IMG/VR virus record: IMGVR_UViG_3300028558_000028
Coordinates: 572-64,571 of that record
DNA length: 64,000 bases
Strand: one strand, 5' to 3'
Source: a virus
Taxonomy: Duplodnaviria; Caudoviricetes
Shown: positions 37,923-47,715 of the stretch, one piece after another
How positions within the stretch are numbered: the stretch's first letter is position 1
Layout: each line of letters starts with the position of its first letter
Translations under genes and position numbers: made by a program
Notes under the pieces: model-generated
What the model was told of the DNA's origin: nothing
Databases searched by the model: none
The model's input: only the letters and a program-made list of their open reading frames with translations

Positions 37923-38411
37923 CTACGCCGCGTCGTCGCGCGAGTCGGTCCGGATCCCCGATAGGTTCGGATTGGTGCGCGCCGGCCAGCGCGGGTCGCG
38001 CGGCACCTCGCGGCCGTTCTTGGTAGCGGTGCGGACGTCGAGGCGCTCGAGGCCGCTCTTCACGGCGCTCTGCTCCTTCGACTTCTTCTCGGCGAACTCG
38101 GCCTTCTCGTGAAAGTGGATGATGTCGTTCTGAACGAGGTCCGAATCCTTGTTCTGCTCCATCCACGCGTTCGCGACGTCGGCCGGCACGTTGGGCGTCA
38201 GCGCATAGCCGCCCGCAATGACGAAGCTCGGCGTATGCCCGAACGGCACGGCCGGCCCGTTGATCTTCACTGCCTTGCCGACGGCGATCGCGCGGGATTC
38301 CTTGCGTGTGCCGCCGCCGAGCACCGGCATGTCGTATTCCTCGCGCTTGAACACGCGCATGATGATGCCCGGCGGATGCTTGCAGGCAACGGTGACGGTC
38401 GGTCCGGCCAT
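37923..38411 (-). CDS. conserved protein downstream of the capsid gene
   Basis: 'TVTVACKHPPG...GGYALTPNVPAD...SGLERLD'. Confidence 0.75.
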   Translation of the reverse strand: MAGPTVTVACKHPPGIIMRVFKREEYDMPVLGGGTRKESRAIAVGKAVKINGPAVPFGHTPSFVIAGGYALTPNVPADVANAWMEQNKDSDLVQNDIIHFHEKAEFAEKKSKEQSAVKSGLERLDVRTATKNGREVPRDPRWPARTNPNLSGIRTDSRDDAA

Positions 38412-38415
38412 TGGT

Positions 38416-39510
38416 TCAGATCCCGATCATGGAGGCGATGGTAGACGTCATGCGCAGGATGCAGCCCCAGGTCCCGCCGCTGACCTTCTGCTTGTAGCTC
38501 GACATCTGCGGGATGAGCTTGTGGGCCCGCATCTTCTCGTTGAAGCCGCAGAACCCGGTGTCCTGCCCGTCGAGCTGCTTGGCGATGAGCTGCATGAAAT
38601 TGCCGCCGGAAATGCCCTGCGGGTTCGATGCGCTGAGCGCGCCGTACTGCACGGCGCTCTCGACCTTCAGGTTGGGGAAGTTCTTCTTCAGCAGGTCGCT
38701 GACGTTGACGTTGAACGAGTTCGTCGTGGTCAGCGCCGCTTCCGACTGCGGGCTCATCGCCAGCACCATTGGCGTCTCGCGATCGACCAGGCCAGCGGTC
38801 TGGCTGACGAGGGCCGCGAACAGGTTCTCGATGTCGGCGTAAATCTCGTTCGCCGATGCCGCGATCTGCCCCGACGGATTGTACCAACCGGTCCCGCCCC
38901 ACGCCTTCGTTGCCGGCGTCAGCGACGCGTTGAGATGAGGATCATTGAGCAGCCCGTAGTTCTGGAGGCCCGCGACGCCGAAGAAATACGTCAGGTTCGA
39001 GAACTTGTTCAGCATCAGGGCGGCGGAATAGTCCAGCTCCGACACCCAGTTGATGCGGGCCAGTCCGGCGCGCTCCAGCTCGCGCTCGCCGTACTGCTTG
39101 ATGACCTGAAACAGATAGGCCTGGCGCTGCGGCCAGTTGGTATTCGACGTGACCGTGCCGTTCTCGGCGTAGTCGCCGTAGCTCGACACCTCGCCCGCGG
39201 CCTCGGTGATCGGCAGCATGATCGTGTCGTCGAGCCAAGTACCGCGCCGCTCCTCGCCCATAATGACCGCGGCCTTGTTCGGCGCGAACAGCGCCTTGAA
39301 GACCTTCGGGTCGATCATGGTGGTGAGGATCGCCGGGACCGCCGAGTTCGGATCGGTCGCCGAGAGCTGCGGCTGGGCATCCATGGCCAGCGCGAAGTCG
39401 TAGCGGAATTCGTCGGGAACGTAGGACCGGACGGCGTCCATGGTGACGCCGCGCTGCGCCAGCATCCCGCGGTGCTCGGCCCAGAGCTGTGCTGCTTCTT
39501 GACGGTTCAT
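38416..39510 (-). CDS. major capsid protein (DUF2184-like)
   Basis: 'AMDAQP', 'E...GTW', 'YFFGVAGLQNYGLLNDP', 'GTWGCI'. Confidence 0.9.
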   Translation of the reverse strand: MNRQEAAQLWAEHRGMLAQRGVTMDAVRSYVPDEFRYDFALAMDAQPQLSATDPNSAVPAILTTMIDPKVFKALFAPNKAAVIMGEERRGTWLDDTIMLPITEAAGEVSSYGDYAENGTVTSNTNWPQRQAYLFQVIKQYGERELERAGLARINWVSELDYSAALMLNKFSNLTYFFGVAGLQNYGLLNDPHLNASLTPATKAWGGTGWYNPSGQIAASANEIYADIENLFAALVSQTAGLVDRETPMVLAMSPQSEAALTTTNSFNVNVSDLLKKNFPNLKVESAVQYGALSASNPQGISGGNFMQLIAKQLDGQDTGFCGFNEKMRAHKLIPQMSSYKQKVSGGTWGCILRMTSTIASMIGI

Positions 39511-39544
39511 AGTCGATTTCTCCTGAGCTTTGGGCCGATGAGGC

Positions 39545-40513
39545 TTAGCCGACGCCCGGCACGTTGGTGATCTTGACGAGCTCGCCGGCAAGGCCCGACG
39601 AGCGGGCGTACCAGGAGGTTTCGACGTTGGTGGCGCCGGTCAGGTTGCCCTGGCTGCCGCTGCTCGACGTCTGCGACGGGGTGACGGCCGCAGTGCTGCC
39701 CGTGCCGCCCGAGCCGGTGATGAACTGCGTGATCGTTGTCCCGGCGGTGACGCCCGCCGTCGCGCCGGTCAGCGTGTCGCCGACGCCGAAGGCACCTGCG
39801 CTGACCGTGGTCAGCGTCAGCAGGCCATAGGCCGCGGTGATCGTCGTCGCCGCGACGATCTGCTCCGGGATGCTGACGGAGTAGGTGCCGTCGCCGCCCG
39901 TGGTGCCGGAGAGTTGGCCGGTGATCTGCGTGCCGGTCGCGACGTTGGTGCCGGACAGAACGCTCCCGGGGTAGATCGTGCCGGTGACGGCTCCGGTGAC
40001 CGTGAGGACGTCGCCGGAGATCGAGCCGGTGAACGAGGCGGTCTGCGCCGAGATGGACCAGGACGTCGCGGTCGCGCCGGACGGCGACCCGGCAGCGGCG
40101 AACGTCGCCTTGCCGTCGGCGAAGTTGGCGTAGCACTTCTGCCCGGGAAGCGCCTCGGTCGCGCCGTCGTTCCGGACCCAGAACCCGCCCGCCGAGAACG
40201 GCGTCGCCATGAATCCCGCGGGGATCGTCATGCCGGCTGCCGTCAGGTAGGTGGTGATCAGGCCCTGCTGCGCCCGGCCGACGAAGCCGATGACGGGCCC
40301 GGAGCCGAAGTTGTTGTAGGCAACCGGCGCGCCGTCGGCATCGGTCGTCGAATAGGAGGCCCACGCGAACCGGCCAATGACGAGGCCGTTCGGGCCGGCC
40401 ACGCCGCCGCCCGGGCCGGCATCGACCGAGTAGCGCGGGTTTGCGTCGCAGAAATCGCCAGCCACTCCGGGTGCCGGCTGGGTCGTCACAGTTTGCTGAA
40501 TCCCGCCGGTCAT
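39545..40513 (-). CDS. head decoration/cement protein with inserted beta modules
   Basis: 'PAPGVAGDFCDANP...IGRFAW...GFVGRAQQG'; between protease and capsid. Confidence 0.8.
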   Translation of the reverse strand: MTGGIQQTVTTQPAPGVAGDFCDANPRYSVDAGPGGGVAGPNGLVIGRFAWASYSTTDADGAPVAYNNFGSGPVIGFVGRAQQGLITTYLTAAGMTIPAGFMATPFSAGGFWVRNDGATEALPGQKCYANFADGKATFAAAGSPSGATATSWSISAQTASFTGSISGDVLTVTGAVTGTIYPGSVLSGTNVATGTQITGQLSGTTGGDGTYSVSIPEQIVAATTITAAYGLLTLTTVSAGAFGVGDTLTGATAGVTAGTTITQFITGSGGTGSTAAVTPSQTSSSGSQGNLTGATNVETSWYARSSGLAGELVKITNVPGVG

Positions 40514-40549
40514 GGCGATATCTCCTCTTGCCGTTCAGGCGCTTGGGGG

Positions 40550-42469
40550 TCAGGCGTTGAGGCGGATGTCCATCGCGCCCGGGAACATCTCGGCGAAGCT
40601 CTTGGCGTTCTGGCTCGCCGCATCCATGCCGATGCGGTTGCCCGCCGGGCGGTGCTCGGTGCCGGGCTTCGGCAGCATCTCGAGGATGGCGCGAAAGGCG
40701 GAGGGGTGGATGTCCTTCGTGCTCTTGCCGCGGGCCTCGATCGCCGCCTTGTAGACGTCGTCGGCCGAGTCGTAGGCGATGGCGAGGTCGCCGATCCACG
40801 GACGGACGAAGCGCTCAGCCTCGCGCACGTCGCGCTGGCGTTGCCGTTCGGAGGCGATCTTCTCGTCCATCGCCTTCTTCGTCACCATGTCCTTCATTTC
40901 AGCGTCCTTCGCCGGCTTGTCCTTCGTTGCCGCGACGGCCGCTCGACCCCCGGCGCGCTCACGCTCCTCGCGCGCCGCCTTCTCGTCGTCGGTCTCGTCC
41001 ATGGCCGGCTCGCCCCACATCTCGGCGCAGGCCGCCATGTCCTCGGGGCTCAGCTTGTCCTTCAGGAATTCCATGACGCGGGCCTTGGGGTCGTCCGCGT
41101 CCTCGACCGGGGCCATCGGAATGCCGCTGTTCGGGTCGAGGTCGTCGCCGGCGCGCGGCTCGCCGGTCTCGACCTTCTCCAGAGCGTCGAGGAGGTTGGT
41201 GAGGTCCGCGATGTCCGCGTCCTGCGCCAGCTTGTCCCTCGTCACCTCCTTGACCGCATCGACGATGCCGGCCTTGCGCGCGCCGAAGTTCTTGGCCGTG
41301 ACGCCCTTCAGCACGGGCGCGAGATCGACGGGCTTGGCATCCTTCGCCATCTTCGGCGCGAGGTAGACCATGAGAGCGCCCTGTGCGACGGCGCCCTTGC
41401 GGGAAAGAATGTTCATGTCTTGGGCTCCGTTGCTTGCGCTCTCCCGAGCGCGTGGTTCAATCAGCCGCTCGATTTCGGCCATGTCCTGCGGGCTGAGCTT
41501 GTCGGTGAGGAAGGCCTTCACGGCCGTCACCGGATCGGCGTCGCCGGTGAATTGCCCGTTCGATGGATCGTGCTTGGTCTTGCCGCCAGCGCCGCCGCCC
41601 TTGCGCTTGCTGGCGCCAGCGAGCCGGCTCCAGCTACCCGCGAAGGACGGCTCTGCCTTCGTCGCATTCGCGACCTTCGCCTCGCGTTCGGCCTTGCGCT
41701 GCTTCGGCGACATCTGGGAACGCTGCGCGAGCGCTTCCCAACTCGCGTTCGCGGCACTCTGCCCGCGGGACTCAGTCGCTTCGTTGTGCCGCTGGAAATA
41801 CTTGTCGTAGTCAAACGGCTTCTTCGGCGCGGCATCGAAGACAAAGCGGCTGAAGTCGAAGCTCATGCCCACCTTCTCCTTGCTGTCCCCGACCACGACG
41901 TCGGGCCCGGCCCGGCCTTCCTTGACCAGGGCGACATGGTTGCCCGCGATGTCGCGCATCACCCCGTCATAAGCCTCGCCGTCCGGCGTCTTGCCCGGCG
42001 TCATGTCGGCGCGGTAGCGGTAAGCGCTCGACAATTCCTTCTGCTCGCCCGAGTCGATGAGGCCGATCGCCTCGCCGTCCCACACGCTCAGCGGCGCCAT
42101 GAGATAGGGCGCCTTGAACGCAACGTCGTTGCCGACCGAGCCGACCGTGCTCTGCCGCGGGTGCTCGTCCGCGGTCACCGGCGTGTGCACGAGCAGCAGT
42201 GGCTTGCCGGCGAAGCTCGCCGCCGCCCTCTCCAGCTCGTCCGGGTCCCGGTAGAGCTGATAGGTCTTGTCCGGCTCGAGCCCAAGCTTCTCGAAGTCGG
42301 GGATTTCCCGGCCGAAATAGGGACAGACGTTGGCTTTGCTGATCGGGGTCATCTCGACGTGGAGATGGCCGTCGTGATCGACGCGGCGGACCGTGGCCTT
42401 GTCGAGGGCAAAGGCGTCGCGTGACAGCGGTCGCAGCTTTCTCGCCCTGGATCGAAGTGCGCGCCTCAC
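40550..42469 (-). CDS. DUF2213 prohead protease-scaffold
   Basis: '[15 protein letters not shown]...KELSSAY...[16 protein letters not shown]'. Confidence 0.9.
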   Translation of the reverse strand: MRRALRSRARKLRPLSRDAFALDKATVRRVDHDGHLHVEMTPISKANVCPYFGREIPDFEKLGLEPDKTYQLYRDPDELERAAASFAGKPLLLVHTPVTADEHPRQSTVGSVGNDVAFKAPYLMAPLSVWDGEAIGLIDSGEQKELSSAYRYRADMTPGKTPDGEAYDGVMRDIAGNHVALVKEGRAGPDVVVGDSKEKVGMSFDFSRFVFDAAPKKPFDYDKYFQRHNEATESRGQSAANASWEALAQRSQMSPKQRKAEREAKVANATKAEPSFAGSWSRLAGASKRKGGGAGGKTKHDPSNGQFTGDADPVTAVKAFLTDKLSPQDMAEIERLIEPRARESASNGAQDMNILSRKGAVAQGALMVYLAPKMAKDAKPVDLAPVLKGVTAKNFGARKAGIVDAVKEVTRDKLAQDADIADLTNLLDALEKVETGEPRAGDDLDPNSGIPMAPVEDADDPKARVMEFLKDKLSPEDMAACAEMWGEPAMDETDDEKAAREERERAGGRAAVAATKDKPAKDAEMKDMVTKKAMDEKIASERQRQRDVREAERFVRPWIGDLAIAYDSADDVYKAAIEARGKSTKDIHPSAFRAILEMLPKPGTEHRPAGNRIGMDAASQNAKSFAEMFPGAMDIRLNA

Positions 42470-43008
42470 GCCCCCCACTCCTTGCGCGCCTGTTTCATGC
42501 CCGAGGCCTTGTCCTGGTAGGTGTCGAGCATGCTGTCGATCTCGTCATGCATTTCGCGAGCGGCCCTGACGATCGGAGACGAGTATTCCGACTCCCCACC
42601 GTTTGCGGCCTCAATCTCCTCTAGACGCTCTAGATTGCGCTCAGCGATCTTGACATGCTTTCCCAACAGCTTGTGGTGCTTCTTCAGCTCGGCCATCAGC
42701 TTCGCGATATTATTATGTATGGTTTCGAGGTTTTCGTGATTCTCTTCGATCGCCTCGTCGCGCTGATTGTATTCCTCGAAGGCCTCGTTGCTGATCACAC
42801 CCTCTTCGTCAGGGTCCTCTAAATTATCAACCTCTTTGATGCCGCCGCTGCCCTTGGCGAACTTGCCATGGTCGCGCGGGTGGTCCTCCTCGTTGAACTC
42901 GGCGTCGCCGACGAACTCCTTGCCGACCTTCTGCGGAATGCCCAGCGTGGACTTCCCATGCGCGGCCGCTTGCATAGCGCGGCGCTGGCGCTCGCTGACA
43001 GCCGGCAT
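42466..43008 (-). CDS. head-associated protein: conserved [12 protein letters not shown]...GIP..VGKEF leader + HPRDHGKF tag + acidic coiled coil
   Basis: SD GGAGG before ATG 43008; C-terminal half AT-richer. Confidence 0.7.
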   Translation of the reverse strand: MPAVSERQRRAMQAAAHGKSTLGIPQKVGKEFVGDAEFNEEDHPRDHGKFAKGSGGIKEVDNLEDPDEEGVISNEAFEEYNQRDEAIEENHENLETIHNNIAKLMAELKKHHKLLGKHVKIAERNLERLEEIEAANGGESEYSSPIVRAAREMHDEIDSMLDTYQDKASGMKQARKEWGA

Positions 43009-43064
43009 TCTGACGCCTCCGCAATCCGGCAGGAAATATTTTTGCCCCTGCTGCTTTTTCATAG

Positions 43065-43092
43065 TTGACATTAGCGTATGATGCGCTAGTGT
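43065..43092 (+). promoter_or_regulatory. sigma70 promoter with palindromic operator for the inserted cassette
   Basis: TTGACA-16 nt-TAGTGT; TAGCGTAT-G-ATGCGCTA dyad at 43072-43088. Confidence 0.65.
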
Positions 43093-43193
43093 GTACTTGT
43101 GAACGACGGGGCAAGTCGTCATAGACCGAGCGAGACCAAAGCCCCGGGACATCAGAGAGACGAACCTACCCACCAAACCTATGGAGCGAGACG

Positions 43194-43361
43194 ATGCAAG
43201 CTACCCGCCAAGCCTACGAAGCCACCCTCGACCAGATCGGCGCCGCGGTCGCCTCCGGCTCAATGAGCATCGAGCAGGGGCGCAAGGAGATGGCAGCCGC
43301 CGAGGCCTCCTACGCCCTCAGCGTGATCGAGGCCGTCCTGAAGACCACCAACGAAGCCTGA
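43194..43361 (+). CDS. 55-aa hypothetical protein
   Basis: SD GGAG; [16 protein letters not shown]...; followed by hairpin GGGGCGGC-GCAA-GCCGCCCC. Confidence 0.55.
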   Translation: MQATRQAYEATLDQIGAAVASGSMSIEQGRKEMAAAEASYALSVIEAVLKTTNEA

Positions 43362-43412
43362 ACCGAACCAGGGGCGGCGCAAGCCGCCCCGCCAACCTCA
43401 CGGAGAACACCA

Positions 43413-43553
43413 ATGCTGAAGATCATCCTCGGAACCCTCACGATCCTGAAGAAGACCGCGCTCACGACCCTCATGCTCTTCGCCATCGGCTCGTGCCCTT
43501 GGATGTGCGCCGAATGGAGTGGTACGATCGCCGATATCTGGAGTGACGACTGA
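43413..43553 (+). CDS. 46-aa hydrophobic peptide
   Basis: SD GGAG; MLKIILGTLTILKKTALTTLMLFAIGSCPW... Confidence 0.5.
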   Translation: MLKIILGTLTILKKTALTTLMLFAIGSCPWMCAEWSGTIADIWSDD

Positions 43554-43556
43554 TCC

Positions 43557-43763
43557 ATGAGCCAGCCGATCGACTTCGAGGCCATCCGCAAGCAGGTCGG
43601 CGTCCGCACGCAAGAGGTGTTCGCGGCCGTCCTTGGCATCACCGGATCACACTATCGACGGCTGATCCACAAAACCGAGCCGCGGGAACCGAGCGAGACG
43701 CTGCGGCGCCTCGCCGAAGCCTACCGAGACGGCTATCGGCCGAGGGACTGGCCGACGTTCTGA
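43557..43763 (+). CDS. XRE-family HTH protein
   Basis: 'FEAIRKQVG..TQEVFAAVLGITGSHYRRL...P'. Confidence 0.75.
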   Translation: MSQPIDFEAIRKQVGVRTQEVFAAVLGITGSHYRRLIHKTEPREPSETLRRLAEAYRDGYRPRDWPTF

Positions 43764-43784
43764 ACACAGGGGAAGGCGTCAACG

Positions 43785-43988
43785 ATGACCCTCAGCCAAT
43801 ATAGAACGATCGTCGCATACATGAACTATTGGACTCCATTATATCCAGAGCTGGGGCTTGATGTAGCAATCCGAGATTGCGGCATCGCCGAGAGCAAGGC
43901 CGATATCATCGCCGAACTTGCCAGGGCTGGGCACCGATACGATGAAGAGTCAGGACTGTTGGTTGACACTCAGGAGGAGCAACAATGA
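43785..43988 (+). CDS. hypothetical protein
   Basis: 67-aa ORF in the cassette. Confidence 0.55.
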   Translation: MTLSQYRTIVAYMNYWTPLYPELGLDVAIRDCGIAESKADIIAELARAGHRYDEESGLLVDTQEEQQ

Positions 43989-44134
43989 CCGTTGGCGAAC
44001 TGCGCAAGGCGCTTGAAGGTGTGCCAGATGAAGTAGACGTCGTGATTTACGGACCGGGCGACGCTATTTCGATAGAAATGACGTCGAGCGCAGAGCTTAT
44101 ACCAGATGACCCAGCCAAGTTCCTGATCAACTAA
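43985..44134 (+). CDS. 49-aa hypothetical protein (MTVGELRKALE...)
   Basis: SD AGGAG, ATGA overlap. Confidence 0.55.
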   Translation: MTVGELRKALEGVPDEVDVVIYGPGDAISIEMTSSAELIPDDPAKFLIN

Positions 44135-44948
44135 ACCCCTTCACGACCGGCCGCGCCACGCACCGACAGTTGATCAGCTCGCCCGGCAGGATGTGCCGCT
44201 GCTCGTGCGGATCGAACCAGCCCTTGCGCACGTCGTAGCGGGCCTGCTCGCGCCCAGCCTTCACATGGGTCGGCCGCGGCGTCTTGCCGCCGGCGCTGTG
44301 CACCCAGATCGCTTCGGTGATGCCGAGCTCGACCTGCCTGGCCCGCGTCAGGCTCGCGGTCGCTTTGTTGTTCTGGTCCCGCGCGATGAACGCCGCGCGC
44401 CGCTTCGTGACGCCATGCTGCTTCTGCAGCGCCTTGGTCAGCTCGCCGAGATCGCGCCCGGTCTGCACCGACCGCATCACGAGACCCTCGACGCTCGTCA
44501 GGTACTGCGCCGGGATGGACTTGATGAGCCCGACCTGCTCGCCGATCGTCGCCTGCAGGACGTCGTTCTGCGCCTTGGTCATCTTGAACTCGACGCTGAT
44601 GCCGCCCTTCTTCAGGATGGCCTTCAGCGCCGCGTCGCTGCGATCCGAGACCGCCGTCGCGAAGTAGTCCGCCAGCTCCTTGGCCGCGACATCGAAGCGC
44701 CGAAACCAGCGCCGCGCCAGCCTGCGCATAGCGGCCCGAAGCGCGGCCGCCGGCGACTCGTCCTGCGCGATCTCCGGTTCGTTGGCCCGGTACGCGGCGC
44801 TCAGCCAGTACCCGACCGAGCGCGCCATCTCGTCGATCAGCGCCGTCAGCTTGCGGCGGTAGGCGGCTTGCAGGCCTGCGTTCGGGTGAACCGGACGCAG
44901 GACCAGGTCATTCTTCCGCGTCTTTCGCTGGCGCAGTCTCGACGGCAT
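44127..44948 (-). CDS. head morphogenesis protein (SPP1 gp7/MuF)
   Basis: 'RAAFIARDQNNK...W.HS...RPTH...PGELINCRC'. Confidence 0.9.
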   Translation of the reverse strand: MPSRLRQRKTRKNDLVLRPVHPNAGLQAAYRRKLTALIDEMARSVGYWLSAAYRANEPEIAQDESPAAALRAAMRRLARRWFRRFDVAAKELADYFATAVSDRSDAALKAILKKGGISVEFKMTKAQNDVLQATIGEQVGLIKSIPAQYLTSVEGLVMRSVQTGRDLGELTKALQKQHGVTKRRAAFIARDQNNKATASLTRARQVELGITEAIWVHSAGGKTPRPTHVKAGREQARYDVRKGWFDPHEQRHILPGELINCRCVARPVVKGFS

Positions 44949-45228
44949 AGACGGCCCTTTTCATCGCGGCCAAGAGACCAGCATCTTCGCGAAGGAGGCG
45001 CTCCAGATCGTGGACGGCATACCATCCGCCTTCGATGTAGAAGCCGCGATCGTCAGGCGCTGATATCTCGGCAAAGACGACCGCGCCATCAGGAGCAACA
45101 CCGACCGGATAGGGGCCAAATACGCGCTCGAATTCCTGCCCCGCCACCTTGGCAAATCGCGCGATGCTCTCTCTGGGAACCGATGCGGGCTCGCCGTTCA
45201 GCAGTTCCGCCAACGTCAACTTGACCAT
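44908..45228 (-). CDS. hypothetical protein
   Basis: SD AAGGAG; coupled to neighbours. Confidence 0.55.
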   Translation of the reverse strand: MVKLTLAELLNGEPASVPRESIARFAKVAGQEFERVFGPYPVGVAPDGAVVFAEISAPDDRGFYIEGGWYAVHDLERLLREDAGLLAAMKRAVYAVETAPAKDAEE

Positions 45229-45440
45229 GCCGCGCGCTCCTTGAGATGGCCTCCGGCCTGAAGCGCTAGAATATCATCCGCCGCCGCGTCCCGCCAAACG
45301 ACTTCCTCTTGGATTCTGCGGCCGGAGACTATCGCCGCCTTCCCGAAGATCGGACGCCTGCGCCTCTCCTGGACTTGCACGATCGGCCTACGCAGAAGCC
45401 CTATCCTGAAGCGCCAAAGGCCCGTCAAGGACGGCGTCAT
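45216..45440 (-). CDS. hypothetical protein
   Basis: ATGA overlap with the portal gene. Confidence 0.5.
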   Translation of the reverse strand: MTPSLTGLWRFRIGLLRRPIVQVQERRRRPIFGKAAIVSGRRIQEEVVWRDAAADDILALQAGGHLKERAAWSS

Positions 45441-47509
45441 TGATCGAGGGAGCCGCCGTCATCGCCGATCTGCTCGCGGAGAGCCTCCAGCGCCTCGAGG
45501 AACTCGTCATCGTCCTCCGGCACATCGGCCTCGGCCGCGTCCTTCGCCGGCTTGCGGTAGGCGCCGATCAGCGCGTCGACGGCGTTCCGCATAATGCCCC
45601 TCGCCTGCGCCGCAGAAACCGCCAGTCCGACCTCGATATGCTGGATGCCGTGCGCGATGATGTCCGAATCGACATAGTCGTGCGTGTAGACGTAGTGGCC
45701 GATCGCCTGGTTGAGCGCCGTGCCGATCGCTGCCTTGATGAACTCCGGATCCTTGATCTTCGTCTTGACCGCGCCGGCGACCTGCGCGAGCGCCGCGCTG
45801 GCCTTGTCCCGGCTCAGCCAGGCCGAGGCCTTCTGCTGCGCCTGCTTCGCGGTGACCTTGGCCGCTGCGCCGCCTTCCGATCGACCGCCAGACGACGCGA
45901 ACTTGCCGTGATCCCGCGGGTGCTTGCCTTCCTCGAAGCGAGCCTCGTCCTGACCCGGCAGAGCCCCGGCTTGCTTCTCCGCGACCGGGTCGGGCCTCCC
46001 ACCCTCCGGCTCGAGCCCCTGCGCTTCCTCGTCCAACAAGTCCGGCGCGTCGTCCGGGTCGAGCCCGTCGTAGGGAGACGATGGGTCGCCAGCGAGGCGC
46101 CGGCGCTCTTCCTCGGGAGAGATCACGCCAGAATCGATACGGACCTGCGCCGTGTCGGCCCCGGTCTTCTCGACTTCGGCCCGCTCCTTCTCGTTCAGCT
46201 CCCAGAGCGGCTCGAACTCGTAGGTGATCTCATCGTCGACCTCGCCCCAGATCGTGAGCTGGACGAAGTCGATGACCCGCGTCAGGTTCTCGCGGAACAG
46301 CGCATGCTGGTAGGCCGCAATCCAGTCGTAGAACGTCCTGATCTCGCCATCCGACGAAGCGTTCAAGCCGGACGGCGTGATGCCGAGGAACTTGACCAGC
46401 GGAATGCCAGCCGGGCAGGCCATGTGCTCCTGCGCCTGGGCCTGCAGGTGGTCGAGGCCGCTGAGCGGCGCCGAGACGTTCTCGAACTCCTCCTGCTCCT
46501 TGTCGAGCATGAAGAGGCCGCGGTTGTTGCGGAAGTTGTTGAACACCTCCGCGCGCCGGACGCCCGCGTCGCCGCCGACCTGCAGCGATTCCGACATGTT
46601 CGTCTTGAGCACGAAAGTCGAAAACGCCGAGACGATGTCGTTGACCGACTGCCGGGTCTGCAGCCAATTGTCGACGTAGGGCTTGGCCATCTGCGTGAGC
46701 GACAGGCCACCGAACGAGTAGGCTGGCTTCAGCAGGTCCGGCACCTCGCGGCCGATGAACGTCAGCAGGCGCGACGCGTGGATGCGCTTGCCCATGACGA
46801 ACCAGGTGTCCGGCTTGTACCAATCTCCCTTCAGCGGATCGTTCGAATTGTAGTTCGTCGGGTAGGTCCAGACCGCCTCGACCGGCCGCAACGCCTTTAG
46901 GCTGCCCTTGGCGACCTTCGTCCGGCTCAGGCTATCCCGGCCCGTGCCGATCGGGGTGAGCAGTTCTTCCGGGTTGTCGGTCGCTCCAGTGTCGACATAG
47001 AGGTGCGACCGCCCGAAGAAGCCGTCCTGGACGGCGATGGTCTTGAACGAGTCGCGGACGGCGAACCCGTCCAGCGCGTCGTTGAGCTCCGCGATCCTGT
47101 CCGTCTTGTCCGCGTCGCCCTTCGACTTGAGCTTGATCCACTTGCGCGTCATCTCGGTCGCGATGACCTCGACAATGCGGCGATATTCCGGCCGCTGCGA
47201 CAGCTCGGCCAGATACGGATACCCGAGAAATTCCAGTCCCTCGCTGAAGGCGTAGCCGTAGTATCCGCCGGCCCACGCCCCCGCCGCGATGATGTCCGCG
47301 TTCGAATCCATCGCCATGCCGGCGCCGGACGCATCCTTAGGCAGCACGCCCGGATAGGGCTTCGGGACGGCGAACGGCATCGCCGACTGACGCCCCGGCC
47401 TGATGCAGGATGCCGCCAGGACGCTATCCGGAATCCTGCCTTGCCACCGCGCCTCTCGCTTGGCCTCCTTCTTCGCGGCGGCGCGCGCCGCGCGCTTGGC
47501 TCCCTTCAC
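45437..47509 (-). CDS. portal protein (DUF1073-like) with C-terminal extension
   Basis: 'FLGYPYLAELSQRPEYR', 'IHASRLL', 'GIPLVKFLGITPSGLNASSDGE'. Confidence 0.9.
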   Translation of the reverse strand: MKGAKRAARAAAKKEAKREARWQGRIPDSVLAASCIRPGRQSAMPFAVPKPYPGVLPKDASGAGMAMDSNADIIAAGAWAGGYYGYAFSEGLEFLGYPYLAELSQRPEYRRIVEVIATEMTRKWIKLKSKGDADKTDRIAELNDALDGFAVRDSFKTIAVQDGFFGRSHLYVDTGATDNPEELLTPIGTGRDSLSRTKVAKGSLKALRPVEAVWTYPTNYNSNDPLKGDWYKPDTWFVMGKRIHASRLLTFIGREVPDLLKPAYSFGGLSLTQMAKPYVDNWLQTRQSVNDIVSAFSTFVLKTNMSESLQVGGDAGVRRAEVFNNFRNNRGLFMLDKEQEEFENVSAPLSGLDHLQAQAQEHMACPAGIPLVKFLGITPSGLNASSDGEIRTFYDWIAAYQHALFRENLTRVIDFVQLTIWGEVDDEITYEFEPLWELNEKERAEVEKTGADTAQVRIDSGVISPEEERRRLAGDPSSPYDGLDPDDAPDLLDEEAQGLEPEGGRPDPVAEKQAGALPGQDEARFEEGKHPRDHGKFASSGGRSEGGAAAKVTAKQAQQKASAWLSRDKASAALAQVAGAVKTKIKDPEFIKAAIGTALNQAIGHYVYTHDYVDSDIIAHGIQHIEVGLAVSAAQARGIMRNAVDALIGAYRKPAKDAAEADVPEDDDEFLEALEALREQIGDDGGSLDQ

Positions 47510-47715
47510 CGGTGCGGCTCGGCCCGGTCGGAAAAGCTCCCGACGTAGCCGCCGTAGGGCCGCGGCACGATCTTGCGGGCGTCGCCGCGCCGGCTGCGGC
47601 CTTCTCGCGATGCCTCCAGCGCGTCGTCGGAGATGGTGAGCGGCTGGCGCGAAAGCGCTTCGTCGTCACGATAGCGACGATCGCCCGTATCATCGTCGTG
47701 GCGGCGAAGCGTCAT
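47506..47715 (-). CDS. small hypothetical protein repeating the TerL C-terminal 'ISDDAL.ASR' motif
   Basis: Coupled at both ends. Confidence 0.5.
   Translation of the reverse strand: MTLRRHDDDTGDRRYRDDEALSRQPLTISDDALEASREGRSRRGDARKIVPRPYGGYVGSFSDRAEPHR

Noticed and set aside
28887-42424. Very long plus-strand ORFs (778, 849 and 836 aa)
   Set aside because: Antisense shadows of structural genes caused by GC3 bias; no motifs or SD sites.
43009-43176. N-terminal extension of the 42466 ORF as given in the ORF track
   Set aside because: Overlaps an AT-rich promoter region; a good SD and ATG at 43008 define the start.
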